In this document: positions 40,717 through 52,290 of the stretch, piece after piece | Layout of the letters: every line of letters starts with the position of its first letter | How positions within the stretch are numbered: the stretch's first letter is position 1 | Assembly (NCBI GenBank): GCA_951406725.2 | Contig: OX597825.1 | Span: 36,704,001-36,768,000, forward strand | Reading direction: 5' to 3' | Source: Octopus vulgaris | Lineage: Eukaryota | Length of the DNA: 64,000 nucleotides | Notes under the pieces: model-generated | What the model saw: the letters and a program-made list of their open reading frames with translations, nothing else | Databases searched by the model: none | What the model was told of the DNA's origin: nothing | Position numbers and translations under genes: made by a program

Positions 40717-40965
40717 TGGAGGCATGTGGCTTAATAGTTAGGGTGTTGAACTCATGACTATAAGATTGTGGTTTCGATTCCTGGCTCTGGCGACATGTTG
40801 AGGTCTTGAGCAAAACACTTCATATCACCTTGTTTCAGTCTACTCAGCAGGTAAAAATGAGTAAATCTGTGACAGGCTGGCATCTCATCCAGGTGGGGAA
40901 TTTACATTCCATGGAAACTGGGAAACCAGCCCTTATCAGTTGGCATGATTCAAGAAGGTAACTTC
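40717..40965 (+). mobile_element. Mosaic tRNA-SINE (family F head and core, family E tail)
   Basis: 5' half matches 24680; 3' half CCAGGTGGGGAA...GGAAACTGGGAAACC matches 20655 and 46913. Confidence 0.7.
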
Positions 40966-42412
40966 TTCTATTACCTCACATGCATGTGCATTATCATTGA
41001 GTGATGCTGGGGTACAAATATACAAAGCCCAATATACTCATCATGACTTCCCATCTGATAAGAGCATACCGAACACATGCATCACAACCATATGTATGCA
41101 GCATGGTGACCTCATATCAAGATAAACCATGCAAGACCTTGCAGGTGAGGTTCAGTTAAAATTTTCTTCAGGTTGAGTAGCCCATCCTGTTCAAAAAGTT
41201 CCTGAATAAGGGCTGTTTAAAGATGATGACTGAAGCACCAATGTTTCCAGGAATTAATTATTCAAACTCTAAAGAACCCCTCTCAACACATGGCTATGAT
41301 GCTCCCCCATCACTCCTGCTCATGATCAGAGATGCATATATTGTCAGCCACTAAGGGACATGTTTGTTGGTTATAATCAAACAAGTGACAAGCAAATCTG
41401 TGCATTAAGTAGAATATTTGGTGTAGCTTATCTTTTACACCAAGACAAATGATGTACATGATAATTGCAATTCTAATTAGTTAAGATCAAAAGCCATGAG
41501 ATCTACTGCCTAGAACTTAACAAGCTTCTTTCAGTTTCTGCTGATCAAATCCCTTCATAAGGCTGCATCTGGAGTCACACAGTTGGGAAATGAACTTCTT
41601 AACCACTAAGTCATGCCTGCACCAACCAAAATGCAAAAAATACTTCACACAAGCACAACATTAAAGACTAATCTTAATATCAACACAAAACTGAAAAAGC
41701 ATTACTTAACACTTTGTTTTCAAAGTGTGTGTGTATGTGTGTACATATGCATGAGTGTGTGTATGTGTGTACGTATGCATGTGTGTGTATGTGTGTACGT
41801 ATGCATGAGTGTGTGTATGTGTGTACGTATGCATGTGTGTGTGTGCAGCCAAGGTGACTTCCGTACTTAAAACTAAACATTCAATTATAACAATGGAAGC
41901 CACACAATTGAATTAAGACATACTTTGCATGTACATAGCCTCTTTTAAAATCATCTTTCATAAAAAATAAAATGAAGGATTTTTTTTTTTACATTAGATT
42001 TATTTGCATATCTTATGCTTGCGTTCATGTCATGGATTAATGCAGAAAACAATGCAGTCAAATTGTATTTTCCTATCAGTCACTCCTCTTAACAAGTTTC
42101 CATATCAGCTATTATTTTGTTTCTTCTCACACTGACTCTGACCAAAAGAATCCCTCAGTGCCTCCCGTGCCACTTTCAAATGCTACTTCTCTCCCCGCTC
42201 CTATTTTATCTTTTCTTTCAGTTGTTTCAATCACTTGACTGTGGCCATGCTGGGGCATTGCTTTGAAGGGTTTTAGCTGAACAAATCAAAACCAGTAGGT
42301 TTTTTTAAGCCAGGTACTTATTCTATACATGTCTTTTTGCTGAACAGGTAAGTTACAGGAGATGTAAACAAACCAACACCAGCTTTCAAATGAGTGGTGG
42401 ACAAACACAAAG

Positions 42413-42459
<47 letters not shown>

Positions 42460-42569
42460 CACATATTTATACACACACATACACATGATTAATATATATA
42501 TATTAAATGGGCAGTGCTCAAGCATGGCCACAGGCAAATGCCTGAAACAAGTAAGAGAGTAAAAGAATA

Positions 42570-42767
42570 TATGAGAGATTGTGCTGAAAAATTCCTGGCT
42601 TTAGGTAAAAGTAAATACAGGAGGATTAGTTAATTATGATTTTATTCAACATATTCCCCTCTCAGGTTCACATATTTATTGCAGCGATCCTTCAGTTTTC
42701 CAAAGCCCTGTAAAAGGGCTGGGAAGGTCAAGCCTCCAGCCAGGCCTTTTCAGCACCCCCTCACATA
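42570..42767. mobile_element. Tc1/mariner-type MITE
   Basis: TA-TGAGAGATTGTGCTGAAAAATTCCTGGCT ... AGCCAGGCCTTTTCAGCACCCCCTCACA-TA. Confidence 0.7.
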
Positions 42768-43630
42768 CATACACATAGATAGATATTATACACACACAAA
42801 CTCACAAGCAATGAACTTTCAACTTCCATCTACTGAATCTATTCCCGTGGCTTTAGTCAGCTTTCGGCAATAGTAGAAGACATTTGTCCAAAGTGCCACA
42901 TGGTGGGAAACAAACTTCTTACCACAGTCATGCTTGCATCTTTCCTTAATCTTCAGTTATATCAAATTTTCTTCCCCCGCAGTTTATTTATAGTTTTCTT
43001 CCTCATAACATAGAGTCCCCAAGGTTATTTATATTACTTTTTGCCATATCTCTACTTTCTTCTGATGCTATAGTTTTACAGCTTGTAGGCTATTCACTCA
43101 ATGAATAAACCTACATATTTATATGTGACAGAAGTGACTAGTTGTTGTTGTACAAACTCAGGTCAGCTTTGATCAAACATATATCTTCAAAAGACACTAC
43201 TGTCATGGCTATATAGTTGATTTTATTGATCACATTATCCAATGTATTATTCACCATTGCTTTTTTCTAAGACACATAAAATGTAATCTGAGGGAAATTT
43301 TGCTACAACTTTTAACTCAATACAGAGGTGAAAGAAATAGCAGTAAAACTCTTGAAACTGTTGGCTCTGTGATCCATAAAAGAGCACCTAAACTTCCCAA
43401 TAATGATCCAACAAGAATCTTTTTACGTGGTTGTTTGAACAAATCAAAATAGAAGTCAAGTACCCTTCCAATTGCAAAAATAAAAAAAAGAAAGTGATAA
43501 GAACACATTGGGTAATGTAGTTCTAGATACACAATGCATATGTGCAACAGAATGGTCATGGCTCCAACACCTTTGTTTGTAGATTTGCTCAGAAAGGGCT
43601 AAATTGGGATGAAACGATGACAAGTAGCAA

Positions 43631-43978
43631 ACTACAATGCTTCAGAGGACCCCTTTTAGTCATGAATGACTATGAGATTGCACCTAGAAAGTTCCCCACC
43701 AAGGCACAAGTCTGGGCAAGGTTGTTTATGGAAGCCAGCAGTTGCCCATGAACCAGCTTCCTCTCTCCATGCCACCAATGTTGTCCAAAGGAAAGGCAAA
43801 GGCTGACACAGCTTGGCACCAGTGACATTGCAACTCATTTCTACAGCTGAGTGAATTGGAACAATGTGAAATGAAGTGTCTTCTTTGAGAACGCAACACA
43901 CAGCCCAGTCTAGGAATCAAACTCATTACCTCATGATTGTGAGCCCACCACTCTAACCACTGAGTGATGTGCCTTCAC
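43631..43978 (-). mobile_element. tRNA-derived SINE (family F head and core, distinct tail)
   Basis: Reverse A/B-box head; 10-bp TSD CAAGTAGCAA. Confidence 0.8.
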
Positions 43979-46912
43979 CAAGTAGCAATTGTCTCTGCTA
44001 CACCTGTTGATTACATTAACCTTTTAGCAATCAGATTACACAACCAAATGCAATACTTATTTATTTGCATTGTTTTGAATTAATCATGCATTATCCAGCA
44101 GCTTTGAGGTTTCAATATGATTGTTTATTTTCAGAATGACATTGTAGGGTAGGTATAAGGAGCCAGATCTAGCCGGTGCAAACATAAAATATGTAGAATA
44201 TTTGAGCCTGATATGGTCTGTTTAAATCAATCGTTTCAACCATCATACCACTATCCAACCACAATTGAATCCAGATGTGCAGGTATATTACTCCTGAGTA
44301 AACCCTTTTGATAACCATTCATCGAAAACTGCCTCTCGAATTTTTGGTTTAAAAAAAAACAAAGCAAAGAACCTCTCATTCTGAAGTGATCATATGTAAA
44401 TTTTAATCTTCTATCAAAATTATTTGTGAGAACCTTTTCTTTAAATTATGCATCAAATGCTAGATTAACAAGGGAAAAATTAGATTAAATGGCTTTTAAT
44501 GGAGAAGTTCTTTCAAACAGATACAGGAAAATGTTAAATTGTATGGATTGAAACCAACATTTGTTGTGTAATAGAATTATTATCCCACATAGCCAGGCCC
44601 TGTTCCTAACCAGCTGCCAAAGACTGTTTGCAGTCAGAAAGCAGAACATGTATTTTTGTACTTTGAATTCCTGATTTATATATAGTTTTTTCTTCTTGTC
44701 ATTAATATATAGCACTTTGTATTAATCACACAATGTATTGTCTTCCTTTCTTTACTGTTTAATAAGAATAGTTTACTTTGTTATTCAGGGTTTAAGCAGT
44801 TATTCATTGTTCAACACAATGCATAGCACGAAAATGCAAACCTACTTTTTATATTTATTTTGTATTGTATTTATCTTTAGTCTTTACTTGTTTCAGTTTC
44901 AGTCACTGGACTGTGGCCATGTTGAGGCAGCACCTTGATGGGTAAAGTTGAACAATCTGACTTCAGTATTTATTTTCAAGTCTGATACTTATTCTATTAC
45001 TGAACTACTAAGTTAGAGACATAAACAAACCAACACTGGTTGTCAAAAGGTGGTGGTGAACAAACACAAAGACACACCAATATATATATATATGGGGCAG
45101 TAAGCTGGCAGAATCGTTAGTGGGTCAGGCAAAATGTCTAGTGGCATTTCATCCATCTTCATATTTTTGAGTTCAGATTCAGTCAAGGTCTACTTCACCT
45201 TTCATCCTTGCAAGGTCAAAAAAATAAGTACCAGATGAGTACTGGTGAATACTGGGGTTGACATAATCGACTACCACCCCACCTCAAAATTGGCAGGCCT
45301 TGTGCCAAAATGTGAAATATATATATATATAGATTAAAACCAAATTGAAAAGGCAAACTGTTTGGCAAGACTTGACAAGGATATTTAATTAAGATTTAGA
45401 TAAATAATAAAATGGTATACAGAGTGCATACCTTTTAGTTTGAGTCACCTGATGAAAACTCCTCATATACTTTATATACATATTTATATATACATGATAA
45501 GCTTTCAAACAATTTCCATCCACCAAATTCACTCAAATGGCACTAGTCACCCTGGGACTATGGTAAAAGGCACTTAACCATCTTTCAATCATCTGTAGCA
45601 ATCTTCTTGGTAAAGCAGAGCAGTAAAAATACGAATTTCTTTGTTATCCATTTCATTACCTCCCACCTCATTCCCTTTATTGGCAGATTCACATTTTGGT
45701 GTAGATGATGATATCATACAAGTGTTACAGAAATACTCTAAATTAATCACAGGAGAAATTGGTTATTTTACAAAAATTTGCTCCATATTCTGCATTACTT
45801 TCTAATTGAAATACTAAGACAGTGTATTTCATAAGAAATATGTCACAAAAGGATTAAATAGAAATGATGCTGAGAAATGTCTACAAGTTGGAAATTCATA
45901 CATAATTCTGAGTGATGGTCATGGCATATACAAATACAGGAGGGAAATGTATGCAATGCCTGATGCCATTTTATATATTTCCATCTCTTGCTTAGAGCCA
46001 ATAATTTCATGGTACAATGAACAATACAGAACTTTCAATAACAAATTCTTGCCATAGACATAAAGCCTTTAAAATTTTCAATAATGAAGTTGCATCGTCA
46101 CTCACACACAAACATACACATGGATGTGTGCATGCAAATGTGTTGCGTGCATTTTACAGTGCAACATATACGTATTTAATAATAAGTATGTATGTAAATG
46201 TAAATGTGTGTGCATGTATGAGTGTGTATACATACATTATAAATGTCTAGTATGTGCCTGTTGTAAATATGTATCTATGTATGCATGTATATATACATAT
46301 ATATGCATATATTTATACATGTCTGCATGCATTTACAAGTATGCATGCATATGTATATGTTTAACAAAGCAGCAGAGAAATATATATGTTAATGATGGCC
46401 AGTTAGGTCAGCTATTTAGTTCCAGATGTTAGAGAGAGCATTCAACTCAACTGGCAGAGTGATTTTACTTCTTTCTGTTTTTGCTATGCCAACACAGCTT
46501 ATTATAAAAATAAATCAATTTTATCAAGTCAGCTGGTAGACTTAAGAATATAAAGGTAAGGCTTATTTCCTATTTTTTTTCTTCGTATTCTTCTTTGTAA
46601 ATGAAAAATCTTATCTCCATTTCTGTTTCTAGTTCAAGAACTGGTACATTTCATCCTACACAAAGCCACCCAAGGGAGCTTTAAAATTCACTTTTATTTT
46701 ACTTGTTCCACTATACCAACAAAATCTCTCTCTGTCTCTTAACTCTTTAGCATTCAAACTGGCTTTATCTGGCCCAAATATTCTACCCGTTTAATGTTAA
46801 AAGTGGCCAGATCTGGCATCTCACACATACACTACAATGTATTTCTAAAGATAAACAATTACCTTATTGAAAACTTGAAACTACAAAATAATGCATGCTT
46901 AATTCAAAACAA

Positions 46913-47200
46913 GTGGAGGCACATGGCCTAGTGGTTAGACCAGCGGACTTGCAGTCAAGGGATCGAGGGTTTGAATCTCAGACTGAGCGATGTGTGTGTT
47001 TATGAGCGAAACACCTAAGCTCCACACAGCTCCGGCAGAAGGTAATGGCAAACTTCTGCTGACTCTTTCGCTACAACTTTCTTTCACTCTTTCCTCCTGC
47101 ATCTTGCAGCTCACCTGTCCTCTCCAGGTGGGGAACCTATATGCCTAAGAAACCGGGAAACTGGCCCTATGAGCCAGGCATGGCTTGAGAAGGAACAAAC
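46913..47200 (+). mobile_element. SINE family E nested in MITE A
   Basis: 12-bp TSD AATTCAAAACAA; homologous to 20655-20958. Confidence 0.9.
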
Positions 47201-48269
47201 AATTCAAAACAAAGTGAGTGAGGCTGTGTGGTAAGAAGTTTACTTCCCAAACACTTGCTTCTAGGTTCAGTTCCATTGCAAGGCACCTTGGGCAAGTGTC
47301 TTCTGCTAAGGACAACCAAAGCCTTGTAAGTAGACAGAAACTAAAAAGAGCCCATTTTGTGTGTGTGTGTGTGTGTGTGTGAGAGATTGTCCTCCATCAT
47401 TGCTTGACAACTAGTGTTGGTGTGTTTAGGCCCCTGTAGCTTAGTGGTTCAGCAAAAGAGATCAATAGAATAAGTGTCAGGTTTAAAGAAAAAAAAGTAC
47501 AGCAGTCGATTTGTTTGACTAGAATTCTTGAAGGCAGTGCCCCAGCATGGCCACAATCTAATGACAAACAAGTAAAAAGTAAAAATTGAAGCATAAATAA
47601 GCATTACATTTGACAAAATACCATGAATGCTAAAGATTTAAACATCACTGTTTGACCTGCTCCAGGATAAACAATGAAATCTCTATCTCTTAATACTTTC
47701 AATGTCCACCCACCTGAGACTGCCAATAATAAAGTACTTGTATTTAAATTAATACTTCAATCAAAATCTTGTTATAATATCATGAAATTCTAGCTGGCCA
47801 ATAACAGCATGATGTAGCTCTTTCATAAAGTTATAGCTATTTTATTAAACCACTTCAAAATTTGGTATTGTATTGAAAAATCTGGTTGCTTAGTCATCAA
47901 AAGTTCAGTCACGAAAAGGTTAACCCCTCAGCATTCAGATTATTCTGTCAAATGGAATGCTTATTTATTCACATTGTTGTAATTTAATCTGCATAATCTC
48001 ATAGCTCTGAGATTCTGATGACGTGGTTATTCTGTCATTCTTTTACACATTTCAGTCGTTTGACAGTGGCCATGCTGGTGCACCACAGGAGCAAACACAG
48101 ACACATACATGTATATATCATCATCACCATTTAACGTCTGTTTTCCGTGCTAGCATGGGTTGGACAGTTCGACTGGGGTCTGAGAAGCCAGGAGGCTGCA
48201 CCAGGCTCCAGTCTAATCTGGAAGTGTTTCTACAGCTGGATGCCCTTCCTAACGCCAACCACTCCATGA

Positions 48270-48305
<36 letters not shown>

Positions 48306-50503
48306 GATGGGCTTCTTTCAGTTTCCATCTACCAAATCCTCTCACAAGGCTTTGGTTGGCCCAAGGCTATAGTAGAAGACAGGGCGCCATGCAGTGGAAT
48401 TGAACCTAGAACCATGTGGCTGTGAAGTAAGCTTCTTACCTCACAGCCACATTGCAGAGTATGTGTGATGCCTGATCTGACTTGTATGAACATTAAGCTG
48501 GTAAAATATTTGGGATGGATGTGGCCAATTTAAATGCTAAAAGATTAATGAATGAACACTCTCCTAGCCAAATACACACAAAATAGTAACATCAGAAGCA
48601 ATAATCTGAACAGCCAATAGAGCAAGGAAGCCTGTACAGGGTCACTCAACCTGCCAGACATATCTAAGCTTTTCTCAAGCACAGCAAATCTAGAAGTGTA
48701 CAGATCAATGTGTACATTCTTTTTCAAGACAGGACGGTGTAACTGAAGTATGTTTGGTTACTATTTCTGACACACCAAGTGATTACAAGCAGGTTGTTGT
48801 AAAGTGACTGCTAATATGCATAATGTGGTAAGTACAATAATTCTAATTAATGAAGACTACACCTGTATCAAGGAAGGATAAATATCGTTGAATAATGTTT
48901 AAATTAACCAAACAAAATTAAGAGACAACTCAAATTTTGAAAGAAAAAAATGGATTTATGAAATGCATTGCTACTCCACAACCCCAATTAATTAAAATCA
49001 GAAATAGATAATGTAAATAGAGGAAGATTAGTCCATCTTTAGAAAACTTAGGGACAACTCCATACATGTTTCAGCCTTGAAGCTAAAGTTTATAATTCAT
49101 ACTTCTACCAACTGACAGAATGAAATAGAAACACACAGGGTGGCAAGCTGGTAGAATTGTTACTGCATCAGACAAAAAGCCTTGCAGCATTTTTTCTGAC
49201 TTAACATTCTGAGTGCAAATGCTGCCAGGGTTGACTTTGCCTTTCATCCTTTTGGGGTTGATAAAATAAATACCAGTTGAGTACTGGGGGTCAATGTAAT
49301 CGACTTACCACTTCCTCTGGAATTGCTTGTCTGGTGCCAAAATTTGAAACCAATATAAGCACACACAGTGAATATGTTGTTTAATCTCACATCAGTCTTG
49401 ATCCAGCAGAGCTATCATTGAAGCTATTCTAGCCATGACCATCCAGTCTTTTTGTAAATCAAGGACTATATTTTTAACACATCCAACTTCTTTTGCTTTT
49501 AAGTGATAGGTTGTGATTTGAGGGAGATTGGGGCTGATATTTCTTAGCATGTCAAGAGACTGAGCATGTCTCTTGTTGACTAATTTTAGAAGCTAGTATG
49601 AGAAGAACAAACACAGAGGGGAGATATGCTCCTGTCAGCAGAATAAACTGATCTCCAACAATTTTGAGCAAGTATTTGATTTGCATCATAGTAGAGTCCC
49701 AGTAGCTATTTAAAACTCTCAAACAATTACATTCACTTCTCATTTATTTCGCAATAGTAACACATACAACTATGTGTCAATAAATTTTGAATAGGTCATT
49801 GAAACAAGTTTACTAGATGTATGTCTACGTTTGTATGTAGGTGTGCGTATATATATATATATTTTCCTGGATATGACTTTAAACTGCATCCAGTAGCAGA
49901 GTCCTGATTCAGGAGTTCCAGAGTTTTTAACTGTGGAATTAGCCTCTCTTGTTCCCAGTCTACACTGACCAGAAGTGGCAGCTCCTGTCAGGCTCCCCAA
50001 CTACGAGTTAATTAGCATATTAGGGCTTGCCTACCTATGCATGTGAAAACTGGTTCCAGTCGATTCTGTAGAAGAAACCGTAATGGTTCAATAGAAGGGA
50101 AGGTGGCTGCAACAATGCACTGTGGTGTGCAGAGAGCGAATGAAGCAAGTATGACGTCTTAGTCATCCATCTTTATTCCCAGTCATCTTCACTTGGTCTT
50201 GCCAGTAGAATGAAGATGGTCATGGATGCAAAAATGAGGTTGATGATACACAATGCTTTTTCACTTTACACAAAGTCACCACACAAATCATCAGTCATTT
50301 TGGCTTGATTGGATGGATCTCATCACTCTGACAGATGAACCTGATATATATTAGCTAGATAGATAGATAGATAGATTACAAACCCCTTCAGGTAGATGGC
50401 CTTGCTTGTTATAGAAAAGGCATAGGTAGAAACACCATAAGATGTACTTGGTGTAAGCTAAGAGGTGCAGCAATATCAAAGGAAGGTTAACCAGGAAGAT
50501 AGT

Positions 50504-50536
<33 letters not shown>

Positions 50537-50574
50537 GCAGATATACAGAGGCAATAATGACCAAAGATGTACAG

Positions 50575-51285
50575 AAAATAGATTCCATCATATGCCAGGA
50601 GGAAAAAACTTGAAGTAGTTGATAGCTTCCGTTACCTAGACAACCGAGTCAGTAGTAGGGGTGGATGATCTGAAAGCAAAGTTCAGAGAGCTCCAGCCAC
50701 TGCTGGTAACAAAGGACCTCTTGCTCAGAGTGAAAGGTAGACTGTATGATGCATGTGTGCAAACAGCCATGCTACACAGCGGTAAAACATGGGCTGTGAC
50801 AGCTGAGGACATACGTAGGCTTGAAAGAAATGAAGCTAGTATGCTCTGCTGGATGTGCAATGTCAGTGTGTATATATGACGTAGTGTAAGCACCCTGTGA
50901 GAAAAGTTGGATATAAGTAGCATCAGATGTGTTGTGCAAGAGAGACGACTGTACTGGTATGGTCATGTATTGCATATGGATGAGGACAGCTGTGTGAAGA
51001 AGAGTCACACCCTAACAGTGGAAGGAACCTGTGGAAGAGGTCGACTCAAGAAGATATGAGATGAGGTGGAGAAGCACAACCATTGAACATTGGACTACAC
51101 AGAGGCAATGACAAGCGACCGAGACCTTTGGAGTTAAGCTGTGATTGGGAAGACCCGGCTAGTCAAGTGAGATCATAGCATAACCGGCCTGTTTAAAAGT
51201 ACCCTTCAACTGTCGGGCAATATGTTGTGCTTGAGAAGACCTTTTGAGTTAAACGAAATTGTAGTTGTGGCCGATGCCAGTACTG
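50575..51285 (+). mobile_element. RTE-clade LINE fragment (post-RT region plus start of 3' UTR)
   Basis: LEVVDSFRYL, KFRELQPLL...KGRLYDACVQTAMLH..TW and RRLYWYGHVLHMD...GRGR; contains stops. Confidence 0.85.
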
Positions 51286-51321
51286 TTGGGGGGGGGGGGA
51301 CAAACAAACACACACACACAT

Positions 51322-51692
51322 TCTTTTAATTGTTTCAGTCAGTTGAATGTGGCCATGCTGGAGCACCACCTTTAGTCAAACAAATCGACCCCAGGACTTA
51401 CTCTTTGTAAACCTAGTACTTATTCTATCAGTCACTTTTGCCGAACCACTAAGTTATGGGGACATAAACACACCAACATCAGTTGTCAAGCGATGGTAGG
51501 GGACAAACACACACACAAACATATAAATACATATACATATATGTACAACATGCCTACCAAATCCACTCACAAGGCTTTGGTTGACTCAAGGCTATAGTAG
51601 AAGACACTTGGCCAAGGTGCCATGCAGAGGGACTGAACCCAGAACTATGTGGTTGGTTAGCAAGCTACTTACTACACAGCCACTCCTGCACC
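51322..51692 (-). mobile_element. SINE family D
   Basis: Homology to other family D copies. Confidence 0.8.
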
Positions 51693-52234
51693 TATATGTA
51701 TATATATGAAATATATAGCAAAATGATGTCAGTAATCTAGCACAATCTATTTCAAGGTTGGGTAGCCAGCAACTAAATTGCTGGTTCCTCCTATTTAATC
51801 ACTATATAACTGAAATTATTTCTGAATGCTGAAAAGCTCTTTTGAATTATGAATGGCGCCAAAAAATATTTAATATCAAAAAGTGTTATGTAGAGAGACA
51901 TTTGTCCATATATATATACCAACGACGGTATAGGGATATTACAACTGCCGACTTCAGCAATTTATGATCGCTGTCAGTATGCATGTATACATTTATGTGT
52001 GTTGACTGCAGCATCAGAGCACTTTAGCTCTTACTTTTAGCATTGTAGGTGTTTCTAACACCCTCTGTCATTTTTAATGACAATTATAATTTTTCCTTTT
52101 GGTGTTACATTGCTAAACAGCTGCCTAATTTGATTTAATTCTCTTTCTTCATCTCCTTATTCTTTTACTCCCTTCCTGCATATTGTCATTTCATTAATAT
52201 ATACCCTTCTCAGTTTCCCTGTTTTTCCCTATTT

Positions 52235-52290
52235 GTCTCTGATGGCAGAATATCCCATACTCTAGGATATCCCAGAAACAGCTGTAAGAC
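52235..52290 (+). ncRNA. Near-intact type I hammerhead ribozyme motif
   Basis: GUCU-CUGAUGG-caga-AUAUCC(cauacucua)GGAUAU-ccca-GAAAC-AGCU-GU-A-AGAC: stem I GUCU/AGAC, palindromic stem III ACAGCUGU, GUA cleavage triplet; A9 changed to G. Confidence 0.7.

Noticed and set aside
41000-41510. Possible decayed LTR-retrotransposon coding fragment (LLMIRDAYIVSH-like)
   Set aside because: Too degenerate to assign without a homology search
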